Assembly: GCA_964446345.1 (NCBI GenBank)
Contig: CAYUOL010000001.1
Span: forward strand, 24,132 to 88,131
Source of the DNA: an uncultured Iamiaceae bacterium
Lineage (GTDB): Bacteria > Actinomycetota > Acidimicrobiia > Acidimicrobiales > Acidimicrobilacustridaceae
Direction: 5' to 3'
Length of the DNA stretch: 64,000 nucleotides
The notes beneath the pieces were generated by a model. That model made no database searches. It saw nothing but the letters and a program-made list of their open reading frames with translations, and was not told where the DNA came from. Position 1 is the first letter of the stretch. Every line of letters begins with the position of its first letter. This document shows positions 28,260-38,085 of this stretch, in pieces. Both the position numbers and the translations under genes were made by a program.

Positions 28260-29111
28260 ATGAAGAGAGAAATCGGAAGTCGCTTCGCCCCTAGTTTAAT
28301 GCTCGGTCAGGTTGCACTTGTCACCGGAAGCGGCTCTGGCATGGGCCGCGCTACCGCGCTTGAAATGGCATTCTGCGGTGCAAAGCTCGTGCTTTTCGCC
28401 CGCCGCGAGGATCCGCTGCAGCAAACCGCCGAGATGATTCGTGCCCAGGGCGGCGAAGCATTGGTAATCTCAGGCGACATCCGAGATGAAGCAAGTGTTA
28501 CTGCTGCGATGCGCCGGATTAAAGAGAATTACGGGCAGCTGGATGTCCTGGTCAACAACGCTGGTGGGCAATATGTTGCCGCCGCACGCGATATCACCAA
28601 CAAGGGTTTTGAGGCCGTAGTGCGTAACAATCTAGTTGGATCATGGCAGATGACGCGCGCTGTCGCCGATCATTTCATGTTCGAACATGGCGGCTCCATC
28701 GTATTCGTGACGGCGGTCAGCCGCACCGCGTTGACCGGCTTTGCTCATACCGCCGCTGCACGCGCCGGCGTGACCGGACTGATGAAGACCCTCGCCGCCG
28801 AGTGGGCACAATACGGCATTCGGCTAAATTGCGTAGCACCCGGCACTGTAAAGACGGAGGCGCTCGGTCGCTATCCGATCCCACCACAGAAATGGAATGA
28901 GTTTAACCGCTCCGTTCTCAACCGCATGGGCGCGCCCGAGGATGTCGCTGGCGCGATTGTCTTTCTTGCGTCGAAGTTAGGTAACTTCATCACCGGCGAA
29001 GATTGGTACGTAGACGGCGGCGAAACCCTTCACCTAGCACACGATGCCCGTGACATGATCAACACCGAAATGTTTGCCAACCGTCAACGCGGAGATCGCC
29101 GACATGGCTGA
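28260..29111 (+). CDS. SDR oxidoreductase, DECR/PECR-like (paralog of 21257-22120)
   Basis: Has GSGSGMGRA and NNAGGQ. FAHTAAARAGVTGLMKTLAAEW shows the same non-classical active-site pattern. Confidence 0.82.
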   Translation: MKREIGSRFAPSLMLGQVALVTGSGSGMGRATALEMAFCGAKLVLFARREDPLQQTAEMIRAQGGEALVISGDIRDEASVTAAMRRIKENYGQLDVLVNNAGGQYVAAARDITNKGFEAVVRNNLVGSWQMTRAVADHFMFEHGGSIVFVTAVSRTALTGFAHTAAARAGVTGLMKTLAAEWAQYGIRLNCVAPGTVKTEALGRYPIPPQKWNEFNRSVLNRMGAPEDVAGAIVFLASKLGNFITGEDWYVDGGETLHLAHDARDMINTEMFANRQRGDRRHG

Positions 29112-29310
29112 TTTTGTAACCGTTCCGCATCCGGAGTATTGCTTGCGCACCCTCGCATTTTGACGGCGCTCGAGCGGCCTACAGAGGAAAGCACTGAAAT
29201 GGGTTGCTGTTGTCAAGACAACGCCGCTTCCCCTCGAAGAGTCAAAATCTCCATGAACTGAAAGAAACCGCGCTTATTTTTTTCAATAGTCATCAGCTAA
29301 GGTCGCACCG

Positions 29311-29796
29311 ATGCTCCTCAAAGACCAGCAACGCTTTGAGCAAATCAGCACTCTCTGGATCACGAGAGCCAAGGGTTTCATTACCCACATGAACTTGCGG
29401 ATTGAGGGGCACGGGCCTGACGGCGTAACCGTCCGGATGCCGTTCAATCCCGCTTTTTGTATCGACGAGCCACCAACTCTTCTCCATGGCGGAGTGCTGA
29501 CTGCGCTGCTGGACAGTGTATTCGGGCTGGTCAATTTCATCGCGATCGACGACATCAGCACGATGGCCACGCTTGATCTGCGCGTGGATTATCTTCGACC
29601 GGCACAATCCCGCGCCGACGTGTTGGTCCGCGCCAAATGCTATCACCAGACCCGCCATATTGCCTTCAATTCCGGCGTTATCTGGTTCGATGATGACAAG
29701 GGCGACGAAGTCGCACGTGGCTGTGCTACCTTCGCTCTCACACGAGGCGAGAGAAATCTTTTCGATATCCAGACAACACCGCGGAAACCAGAATGA
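29311..29796 (+). CDS. PaaI-family hotdog thioesterase
   Basis: 161 aa; LHGGVLTALLDSVFG motif. Confidence 0.75.
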   Translation: MLLKDQQRFEQISTLWITRAKGFITHMNLRIEGHGPDGVTVRMPFNPAFCIDEPPTLLHGGVLTALLDSVFGLVNFIAIDDISTMATLDLRVDYLRPAQSRADVLVRAKCYHQTRHIAFNSGVIWFDDDKGDEVARGCATFALTRGERNLFDIQTTPRKPE

Positions 29797-30194
29797 CGCC
29801 CGAGGAAACGAACACGCTACTGATGAAGAGGCCCTTCTTCAGGTTCCTCGGCTTTACCATCGTGAACATTGAGGAGGGACACGTCGCTGCCCAAATGCCC
29901 TTTTCCGAAAGCTATATAGGTAATCCTGTCATGAACTACTATCATGGCGGCATCATTGCCAGTGTTATGGAGGCGGTGGCATCCGTCGCAGTTTGGCAAG
30001 ATCTTAGGAATCGAAGTCCGAAGCCAATCAACCTTACGGTTGACTACCTGCGGCCCGCCATCGCAGAGCCGTTGAATGTGCGGGCGACGGTCTTACGAAA
30101 AGGGCGTCGGATGGCAAGCGTCGAAGCCGTGAGTTGGCAGGCGGAGCCGGAGATTTCTGTCGCCAAAGGGCTATTTCATTTTCTGCTCGCTTGA
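29793..30194 (+). CDS. PaaI-family hotdog thioesterase (second, tandem)
   Basis: 133 aa; YHGGIIASVMEAVAS motif. ATGA overlap with the previous gene. Confidence 0.75.
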   Translation: MTPEETNTLLMKRPFFRFLGFTIVNIEEGHVAAQMPFSESYIGNPVMNYYHGGIIASVMEAVASVAVWQDLRNRSPKPINLTVDYLRPAIAEPLNVRATVLRKGRRMASVEAVSWQAEPEISVAKGLFHFLLA

Positions 30195-30336
30195 GAGCGC
30201 GATCGCTTATCGCCCGACAATAACGCAGGTGACAGACCTTGGCACTAACCGGCCTGCAAAGAACAAATACATTATCAAGTACGATACAAAGGCCTCGTAG
30301 TTCCGCCGAAAGCCTAGATCGTCATAGCAGTTCCGA

Positions 30337-31890
30337 TCAGTCAGCGTTACGTGTTCGGCTGCCAGAAGCTTGATCCTTCAGCCGATCTTCGAGAACGTGA
30401 CGCTGGACTTTGCCGCTGGTCGAACGCGGAAAATCATCGAACGCAATGAACCGGATCTCCCTTGGCCGTTTGTATCCGGCGAGGCGTTCGCTGCAGAGCC
30501 GCAAGATTTCATCGGCGGATATGTTTGCCTCGTCACAAGCGACGAACGCTACGGGCCTTTCTCCCCATTTTGGATCACTAGCCTTGACTACCGCCGCTTC
30601 CAAAACTGCTGGATGAGCCAGTAACACTCGCTCGATCTCGGCTGGGTAAACGTTTTCACCTCCGCTCTTGATCATGTATTTTACCCGGTCAACGAAATCC
30701 ACACGTCCATCAGGAAGCCGCCGAAATGTATCGCCCATATGGAACATACCGCCTCTGAAATCTACAGCATTGGTTTCCGGCGCATTCCAATAGCCCGAAA
30801 AAAGCGTGGGTCCTCGGACCACCATTTCACCCGGCTCGCCATCAGGTACGTCGTTGTCAAGCGGATCGACCAGCCTGATCTCGCAGAATGAAGAAATGCG
30901 TTTGGCGAGATCGGTCGGCGTCACTCCGACCTCTATTACAGAACCGCTTGCTGGCGGAAGACCGGTCTCCGTTGCGCCGAAGGAATTCAGATAGGGAGCG
31001 TCAAGCAGGCGGGTCAATTCCGCAATTTGATGCCGCGGTACGAGATCCGCCATGGCGCCACAGATTTTGATGCCTTTGATGGGTGTTGGTCGCGCTTTTC
31101 GCTCTTCGATGAATGCGTCGACCACACCCGGCATCATCACCAGCCAACCAATCTTGTGCTGAGACAACGCCATATTGATCGCTTCCGGCTGGAAGCCGTT
31201 TATGATGACGACCGTACCACCCCGCATGAGTGTCGCCAGCATATGGTCGGTCGATGCCATATGAAACATGGGCGCCCAAGCAACGAACGCGTCACGTGGG
31301 TCCAGCATTAATTCAGCCGAAAAAGCCATCGCACGCGCCACATGTGCGCGATGGCTGACAAGTGCGCCCTTGGGCAGTCCCGTGGTTCCTGAGGTGAAAA
31401 GAATGGTCAGCCCCTCCTCATCACTTTCAAGCAACGTGCCGAGCCGAGAATCGAGGGCGGCCGACGAGCTCATTCGACTCAACTCAGGGCCGACTTGGAT
31501 TGTCGGCAATTCCGACACGGCTGCAAACGTCGCATGTAATTCCGGCTCGACGACAGCCATCACCGGTTCCACCAGTTCGATGCAATGCTTGAGTTCAGCC
31601 GGCGAAAGTCGCCAGTTCAAGCAAGCAACGATGGCCCCGATTGCAGCTGCAGCCAGCTGCAGTTCGACGTAATCAGGACGGTTATGCGAAAGGATCGCGA
31701 TACGGTCGCCAGGATTGACACCTCGGCCGAGCAGCGCGGAAGCAATCGCGTCGACCCTCTTCAGAAGGTCACCGTATGAAACGGTTAGCCCCTCATACTC
31801 GATCGCGGCACTGGATGGCTGTTTTCGTGCACAGGTTCTGAACAGGCCATAGACGTTGGCCTGACCCGCAGCCAGGAGTATTTCCGGCAT
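30337..31890 (-). CDS. Acyl-CoA synthetase (AMP-binding, medium/long-chain type)
   Basis: Motif FTSGTTGLPKGA and C-terminal SGKVQR. ATG 31890 lies 5 nt after GGAGG. Confidence 0.88.
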   Translation of the reverse strand: MPEILLAAGQANVYGLFRTCARKQPSSAAIEYEGLTVSYGDLLKRVDAIASALLGRGVNPGDRIAILSHNRPDYVELQLAAAAIGAIVACLNWRLSPAELKHCIELVEPVMAVVEPELHATFAAVSELPTIQVGPELSRMSSSAALDSRLGTLLESDEEGLTILFTSGTTGLPKGALVSHRAHVARAMAFSAELMLDPRDAFVAWAPMFHMASTDHMLATLMRGGTVVIINGFQPEAINMALSQHKIGWLVMMPGVVDAFIEERKARPTPIKGIKICGAMADLVPRHQIAELTRLLDAPYLNSFGATETGLPPASGSVIEVGVTPTDLAKRISSFCEIRLVDPLDNDVPDGEPGEMVVRGPTLFSGYWNAPETNAVDFRGGMFHMGDTFRRLPDGRVDFVDRVKYMIKSGGENVYPAEIERVLLAHPAVLEAAVVKASDPKWGERPVAFVACDEANISADEILRLCSERLAGYKRPREIRFIAFDDFPRSTSGKVQRHVLEDRLKDQASGSRTRNAD

Positions 31891-32079
31891 CAATTCCTCC
31901 CTCGGTCACTCTAACCAAGTCGCATTCCTGCCGTTGTGATAGATCGCTCTGCGATTTGGCCGCCCTTTTCGAATGAACGCTAACACCGCCGTCGACGTAC
32001 GGTTTGCAGCATATCTAAAATTGAGTTGCCGCAGCACCACTTCCGTCGAGCAACTTAGCCATCTCGGTTTTTTCCTCAG

Positions 32080-33036
32080 CTAAACTTTACGGTACTTATC
32101 GAGTCCGCCGGAATGCATCACACGGCCCATTAGTGGTGAACCAATTATCTTTTCGGCATAAACGGAAGCGGCAATGAGCTTATCGAGATCGACGCCAGTC
32201 GCAATGCCCAGTTCATGGCACAAAAAAACTGCATCTTCGGTGCAGACATTCCCGGCCGCGCGCGCATGGCCGTGACCGGCAAACGGGCATCCGCCCAGTC
32301 CAGCGACGGAGCTCTCAAACATGTCAACGCCCATAGAAAGCGCCGCATAGATGTTGGCTATGCCGAGGCCCCTGGTGTCGTGCAGGTGCATGCCGATGCG
32401 CGCATCCGGCTTGATTTCCCTTATCGCCCCGATCATGCGCTTAACTGCCTCAGGATTGCCCCACCCCATCGTGTCGGCGACAACAAGGATCGGTAGCGGA
32501 ATATTTTCTTCTGCGCAGAGATCCAGCACGAAACGGAAATCGTCTAAGACCCGGTCCTGCGGGATCGGTCCTTCGAAGTTGCATCCGAATGCGGTCATCA
32601 CATATGCCGTGTCGACAGTGTAGCCCTCCTGCTTGTAGAGGTTGACCCATTCGCGCTGCTTCTCGCGCATCTCCATCGAGGAAGCATCGTTGTTCTTTCG
32701 CGAGAATGTGTCGGATGGATAGAACAATAGCCGCGGATCGATATCGACTTGAGGCGCTGCGAGCGCCTTGCGAAAGCCCTTGTCGTTCAGCCAGAGCGAC
32801 GTGTATCTTACGCCATGCACCCGCCTAATGCGCTTGAACAGCTCGGCTGTATCGGCCATTTGGGGCACCTTTTGGGTGTTGACGAAGCTACCTACCTGAA
32901 TCCGCTTCAGCCCGGTTTCGCTGAGCATATCGATCAGTTCGACCCGTTCTTCGATCGGGTAGATCTTTTTTTCGATCTGAAACCCCTCGCGGGGTCCCTC
33001 TTCTCTAAACTCGACGAATTTTGGAAAATCGCTCAT
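32080..33036 (-). CDS. Hydroxymethylglutaryl-CoA lyase family protein
   Basis: Motifs VADTMGWGNP, HLHDTRGLGIAN and GLGGCPFA. ATGA overlap with the carboxylase alpha stop. Confidence 0.9.
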   Translation of the reverse strand: MSDFPKFVEFREEGPREGFQIEKKIYPIEERVELIDMLSETGLKRIQVGSFVNTQKVPQMADTAELFKRIRRVHGVRYTSLWLNDKGFRKALAAPQVDIDPRLLFYPSDTFSRKNNDASSMEMREKQREWVNLYKQEGYTVDTAYVMTAFGCNFEGPIPQDRVLDDFRFVLDLCAEENIPLPILVVADTMGWGNPEAVKRMIGAIREIKPDARIGMHLHDTRGLGIANIYAALSMGVDMFESSVAGLGGCPFAGHGHARAAGNVCTEDAVFLCHELGIATGVDLDKLIAASVYAEKIIGSPLMGRVMHSGGLDKYRKV

Positions 33037-35048
33037 GAACTCTCACTTTCTAAGGGAGTTATCTCGACGATTGGCTGCCCTCGGTCCACCATTGCGCCTC
33101 GCGAGATGGATATATTTTTCGCCACTCCCGAAACCATCGCCTTTATCGAGATCTCAAGCTTCATGGACTCCAGGATCGCCACAACCTCGCCGGCCGCTAC
33201 TGAGGCCCCCTCGTCGATCAATACCTTCACAATTGTGCCGGTTAGAGGAGACACGAGAATGCGGTCCGCAGTGCTATCTACTTCAGCGAAAGCCAGCGAT
33301 GTCGACGCTTGGTACAGCAGACGGCCGCCAGGCGTGTCGATTTCGATCGAATTGCCTCGGACGCGCGCTTCGATGGTAATCGTTTCGTCCTCATGCGTGA
33401 TCTGCAAGCGGCCGCATCGAAGCTCAGTTGCGTTCAGCGCCAAGGGCATGCTGTCGTCGCTGTAGACAACAAAGAGGTTGTCATTTCCCACCGGGCTGAC
33501 GCGCAGCTCTTTGCCGGATGTTCCCGGATGCGCGAGGATCACACGCTGGCCTGCCTCGTCCAGAGCGCCGCCAAGGCCGAGCCGCCAACCGGTAAACCTA
33601 TCACGGTTGCGCCAAGGGTTGGCATCGCCGTCGGCGCGGCCACGGGTGACGAACAGAACGGCGGCCACCGCCTGCCACAGCCGCCCATCCGAGCGCTGCG
33701 GAGCGGCGGTTAGTGCATTGATGCAACTGTCGATCCAGCGGGTATGCACCTGCATTCGCGCAAAATCGGCGTCTCGGGTGAGTGCAGCAAGAAAGGTACG
33801 GTTCGTCTCGACCCCGTCCACAACCACGTGATCCAACGCTTGAGCCAGGCGCGCCAGCGCCGCATCCCGATCGGAATGATGCACGATGAGCTTTGCAATC
33901 ATCGGATCATAGAAAGGGCTAACACTGTCGCCTGCCTCAACGCCACTATCAATCCTAAGACCGTCGGGCAGCGAAATCGCCGTGATCCGCCCTGTTGAAG
34001 GAGAGAACTGCATCCGCGGATCCTCGGCGTAGAGCCGAGCCTCCACAGCATGCCCCGTGCAGGTGATCTGATCTTGGGTCAGGCCCAAGCCTGCGCCCTC
34101 TGCGATGCGCAGCTGCAGCGCCACGAGGTCCAATCCGGTGACCGCTTCGGTTACCGGATGCTCGACTTGGATTCGGGGATTGACCTCCAGAAAAAAGTAC
34201 TCTTCGCCTAGCACTAGAAACTCGACAGTGCCTAGCCCACGATAGTTCAGCGCCTCCGCAAGCCGGACCGCATCCTGGGCGATGTGATCGAGAAGTGGCC
34301 GCGGGAGACCCCAGGCGGGAGCTTCCTCGATCACCTTCTGATGGCGGCGCTGTAGCGTGCAGTCGCGTTCGAAGAGGTGCACCACGTGGCCTGTGCCATC
34401 ACCGGCGATTTGTATTTCGACATGGCGCGCCGCAGGCAGGAAGCGCTCGAGCAAAAGTCCCTCGGAGCCGAAAGCGGATTTCGCCTCGCGCTGCGCGCTC
34501 TCGATGTCGGCCTTCAGCGTAGCCTCATTGTCGATCAGCCTCTGACCGCGCCCACCGCCGCCCCCAACGGCCTTCAAAAGAGCCGGAAGCCCAACTTCTC
34601 GTACCGCCCGTGCGATTTGATCGGGGTCGGACATGACACCATGGCCTCCGGGAATGACCGGCACGCCGGCGGCTGTCGCGGCCTTTTTAGCACTGGCCTT
34701 GTCGCCGAACCGCTGTAGTGTCTCGGCGGTAGGGCCGACGAAGATCATACCGGCGGCCTCCACCGCACGAGCGAAGTCCGGATTTTCCGCGAGGAAGCCA
34801 TAGCCGGGATGGATTGCGTCCGCGCCGGCTTGCCGAGCGGCCGCTATCACCGCGTCGATCCGCAGATAACTTTCGACAGCCGGTCCGCCTCCGATCCTGA
34901 GCGACCGACCGACTTCGCGCACATGCAACGCCTCGGCGTCAGCGTCAGAATGGACGCCGATCGGAACGATTCCGAGCGAGCGAGCCGTGCGTGCGATCCG
35001 GCATGCGATTTCGCCGCGGTTGGCAATGAGAAGAGACTTAATACGCAT
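33033..35048 (-). CDS. Biotin-dependent acyl-CoA carboxylase alpha subunit (BC + BCCP), copy 2
   Basis: MRIKSLLIANRGEIACRI, an ATP-grasp core, and the C-terminal biotinyl motif LESMKL. Confidence 0.92.
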   Translation of the reverse strand: MRIKSLLIANRGEIACRIARTARSLGIVPIGVHSDADAEALHVREVGRSLRIGGGPAVESYLRIDAVIAAARQAGADAIHPGYGFLAENPDFARAVEAAGMIFVGPTAETLQRFGDKASAKKAATAAGVPVIPGGHGVMSDPDQIARAVREVGLPALLKAVGGGGGRGQRLIDNEATLKADIESAQREAKSAFGSEGLLLERFLPAARHVEIQIAGDGTGHVVHLFERDCTLQRRHQKVIEEAPAWGLPRPLLDHIAQDAVRLAEALNYRGLGTVEFLVLGEEYFFLEVNPRIQVEHPVTEAVTGLDLVALQLRIAEGAGLGLTQDQITCTGHAVEARLYAEDPRMQFSPSTGRITAISLPDGLRIDSGVEAGDSVSPFYDPMIAKLIVHHSDRDAALARLAQALDHVVVDGVETNRTFLAALTRDADFARMQVHTRWIDSCINALTAAPQRSDGRLWQAVAAVLFVTRGRADGDANPWRNRDRFTGWRLGLGGALDEAGQRVILAHPGTSGKELRVSPVGNDNLFVVYSDDSMPLALNATELRCGRLQITHEDETITIEARVRGNSIEIDTPGGRLLYQASTSLAFAEVDSTADRILVSPLTGTIVKVLIDEGASVAAGEVVAILESMKLEISIKAMVSGVAKNISISRGAMVDRGQPIVEITPLESESS

Positions 35049-35060
35049 GGTGTCGCGCAC

Positions 35061-36668
35061 CTAAAACCGAAAAACGCCGAAGTGACTGTCGACCTTCGGA
35101 CGTCGGGAAGCTACATCCAGAAGCAGCGCCAGCACATCGCGCGTTTCAGCGGGTTCGATAACGCCGTCGATCCAAAGATTCGAAGCGAAATTGTACGCGT
35201 CTTGAAATGTCTCGTACTCCCGGCGAATTGGAGCTTTAAAGACCTCTTCCTCTTCGGCCGTCCAAATTTTACCTTCGCGGTCATTGATCTGGGCACGCAC
35301 TTGGGCCAGCACGCTCGCTGCCTGCTCTGGCCCCATGATAGCCGCGCGTCCGTTCGGCCAGGCAAACATGGCGTCCGGCTGAAACGGTCGGCCCAACATA
35401 GCGAGGTAGCCCGCGCCGTAGGAGCCGCCGGTAATCACCGTAAACTTCGGCACGCGGGCCGACGACATAGCAGTGATCATCTTGGCGCCAGCCTTAGCGA
35501 TGCCCGCCTGTTCCACTTCGCGACCGACCATGAACCCATTAACGTCGACGAGAAAGACCAGCGGAATGTCGCGTTGCACGCATAGATTTATAAAATGAGC
35601 CGCTTTCAGAGCTGCCTCGACGAAAAGCACTCCGTTGTTGGCCAGGATGCCGACCTCATGGCCGTGAATGCGAGCCCAACCAGTTATTAATGTGTCGCCA
35701 TACAGCGGCTTGAACTCGTGCAATTCGCTGCCATCGACCAGCCGCGCGACGATTTCGCGATTATCCGTCGGTACCTTGGCGTCACGACTGACGATGCCGT
35801 AAATTTCATCAACCGGATAAACGGGAGGCTTCGGAACGATGGGGATTTTCCGAGGACTGGTCTTTTCGCCCAGATGTGCCACGATTTGCCGAGTAATCGC
35901 CAGCGCATGGGCGTCATTCTCGGCCAAGTGGTCGGTCACGCCGGAGATCGCGCAATGCATCTTCCCGCCGCCCAAAGTCTCGGCGTCGACCTTCTCGCCA
36001 GTCGCGGCAAACGTTAATTCGGGCCCGCCAAGATACATAAATCCTTGCCCGCGCACGATCACGACCTCATCGCATAATGCCGGGATATAGGCACCACCCG
36101 CGGTACATGGTCCCATCACAACAGCAATCTGCGGTATGCCATCGCCCGACATGCCCACTTGGTTGTGGAAGATGGAGCCGAACTGGCCTTCGTCGGGAAA
36201 AATATTTGCTTGTTCGGGCAGAAAAGCCCCACCACTGTCGACCAGTGTGATCACTGGCAGCCGGTTGGTCCAAGCGACGCGCTGGGCGCGAACGTGTTTC
36301 TTGCTCGTCATCCCGAAATAAGTGCCGCCCTTTACGGTGGCGTCGTTTGCAATAATCATGCAATGCCGGCCCTCGATCATGCCGATGCCGGTAATGATGC
36401 CAGCGCCAGGGGGCACGCCTTCATATTTATTCAAGCCCGCAAGTTCACCCAGTTCCAAAAAGGGGGTGCCTGAATCAATCAGCCGTTCGACGCGATCACG
36501 CGGCAGGACCTTGCCCTTCTCCTCGTGTCGCTCCCGTGCCTTCAGCGGGCCGCCGGCACGTTGCTCCAGCCGCAGTTCGTGCAGCCTTTTGATTCTCGCG
36601 CGATAGTGCGTCTCATTGGCCCGGAAATTCTCCGAACCCTTATCGAGAAGTGATTTAAGGATTGTCAT
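35061..36668 (-). CDS. Acyl-CoA carboxylase carboxyltransferase (beta) subunit, copy 2
   Basis: The true start ATG 36668 (MTILKSLLDKGSENF) is in an ATGA overlap with the PaaK-like stop. Motifs ANDATVKGGTYF and CTAGGAYIPALCDE. The track N-terminal extension to 37037 is Arg-rich nonsense lying inside the upstream gene. Confidence 0.92.
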   Translation of the reverse strand: MTILKSLLDKGSENFRANETHYRARIKRLHELRLEQRAGGPLKARERHEEKGKVLPRDRVERLIDSGTPFLELGELAGLNKYEGVPPGAGIITGIGMIEGRHCMIIANDATVKGGTYFGMTSKKHVRAQRVAWTNRLPVITLVDSGGAFLPEQANIFPDEGQFGSIFHNQVGMSGDGIPQIAVVMGPCTAGGAYIPALCDEVVIVRGQGFMYLGGPELTFAATGEKVDAETLGGGKMHCAISGVTDHLAENDAHALAITRQIVAHLGEKTSPRKIPIVPKPPVYPVDEIYGIVSRDAKVPTDNREIVARLVDGSELHEFKPLYGDTLITGWARIHGHEVGILANNGVLFVEAALKAAHFINLCVQRDIPLVFLVDVNGFMVGREVEQAGIAKAGAKMITAMSSARVPKFTVITGGSYGAGYLAMLGRPFQPDAMFAWPNGRAAIMGPEQAASVLAQVRAQINDREGKIWTAEEEEVFKAPIRREYETFQDAYNFASNLWIDGVIEPAETRDVLALLLDVASRRPKVDSHFGVFRF

Positions 36669-38056
36669 GACAGATCGGGGTATTTGCGAAGAGTGAGCGC
36701 AACCTTCGCCGCGCCGGGTTTCTCGAATGTGTCGGGCTTCACAATGCGGACGTCGGCCTTGAATACCAGCGCATCGCGAAGACGCGTCTCGATCTTGTTT
36801 CTTAGTTCGTCGTCCCTGTTGGGCGGACGGTGGGGTCCGCGTTCGACAATGATTTTGAGTGCCGACTGCGTCGTATGCCCCTCGAAATCGGCAACAACGC
36901 GGACAACCCCGTTGGTCTCGGGCATCATTTCGTTGATGATGCTGTGGATGGCTGAGGGGAAGACGTTGGCACCGCGGACAATCAGCATATCGTCGGCGCG
37001 ACCGATACAACGGATCTTTGGCCCTGTTCGCCCGCACGAGCAGCTGGTGGCCAGGACGTCAATGTAGTCGCCGGAGCGGAAGCGCAGCAGCGGGCTCGCC
37101 TGACGGCCTATCGCCGTATAGACCATCTCACCACGGGCCCCGTCCTGGAACGGGATAATCTTGCCAGTTTCGGGGTCGAGCAGCTCGGTAATAATGTAGT
37201 CCATACTGACCATGTGCATGCCCGACTGTTCGTCGCACTCGGCCCAATAGGTCACACCGAGGTCCGTGCCACCAAGTAACTCGGTGCATTTTGCGCCCCA
37301 CAGCTCCTCAATGCGGCGGCGGACGGTGGGGATGCCACCGCCCGGCTCGCCACCCACGATGACCCGCTCGACGCCAAGCTGCGATGCGGGAATGCCAAGG
37401 ATCTCAGGCGCTTTCTCACCCAAGTGCAGAACAAAGTTTGGCGCACCGACCACGCAGCGCGGGCGGATGTCGGCACAAGCTCGGATGAGACGGTCGGCAC
37501 CGCCATCGGCACCAATCGGGATGTCGATGGCGCCCAAGTATTGCAAACCTTGCATGACCGGGATGCCGCCAACAAAGCCTTTGGCCAGCGAGAAGGCATG
37601 CAGCACCATGTCGCCGGGCCGCACGCCGGTTGCGAAAAAACAGCGTGCCGACATTTCATGCCACATTGCGGCGTCGGATTCGGTCAGAGCCACGTAAGAT
37701 GGGCTGCCTGTAGTGCCGGAGGACGCCTGCATCTGAATTATATCTTCGGGCTTGGCCGCGAGGTGGAGGCCGAAAGGCTTGCGAGCGGCAAGACTGTCGC
37801 GGATCTCCGCTTTGAACGTGTAGGGCAGCTTCTGCAGATCATCGATAGTGCGCACGTCGTCGAACCTCGCACCGGCCGCGCCCAGCTTCTTCTGATAGAA
37901 TTCCGAGTTGGCCTGCAAGTAGGCCATCTGCGCGATCAGCTTCTCTTCTTGAATGCGTCGGACTTCGCTGAGCGGCGTTGTTTCGATCGCATGCCAGCAG
38001 CGCGCGCTTGACTTGTCGTGAGCGTCCGCTCGTCGGAAACGCATCCCGAGATTCAT
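36665..38056 (-). CDS. Phenylacetate-CoA ligase (PaaK)-family adenylate-forming enzyme
   Basis: 463 aa with an AAGGAGG SD. P-loop ASSGTTGSPSY. N-terminal RRIQEEKL...LQKLPYTFKAEIRD is typical of PaaK/F390-synthetase-like proteins. Confidence 0.85.
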   Translation of the reverse strand: MNLGMRFRRADAHDKSSARCWHAIETTPLSEVRRIQEEKLIAQMAYLQANSEFYQKKLGAAGARFDDVRTIDDLQKLPYTFKAEIRDSLAARKPFGLHLAAKPEDIIQMQASSGTTGSPSYVALTESDAAMWHEMSARCFFATGVRPGDMVLHAFSLAKGFVGGIPVMQGLQYLGAIDIPIGADGGADRLIRACADIRPRCVVGAPNFVLHLGEKAPEILGIPASQLGVERVIVGGEPGGGIPTVRRRIEELWGAKCTELLGGTDLGVTYWAECDEQSGMHMVSMDYIITELLDPETGKIIPFQDGARGEMVYTAIGRQASPLLRFRSGDYIDVLATSCSCGRTGPKIRCIGRADDMLIVRGANVFPSAIHSIINEMMPETNGVVRVVADFEGHTTQSALKIIVERGPHRPPNRDDELRNKIETRLRDALVFKADVRIVKPDTFEKPGAAKVALTLRKYPDLS

Positions 38057-38085
38057 TGCTTAACCTCCTTGCCGATCCGCAGCTC

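Noticed and set aside
29209-29222. Palindrome GTTGTCAAGACAAC between the SDR and the first PaaI gene, and GATACGGTATC at 46534-46544 upstream of the ACS-like start.
   Set aside because: These are single short palindromes without a second copy in the window, so they could arise by chance. I mention them only as possible binding sites.
35061-37037. Track ORFs with long N-terminal extensions (35061-37037, 39266-40480, 1661-3121, 38086-39363, 22483-23718, 21257-22189).
   Set aside because: The extensions are Arg-rich, non-protein-like and overlap the upstream gene. Internal ATGs with an SD or an ATGA overlap give canonical N-termini and family-typical lengths.
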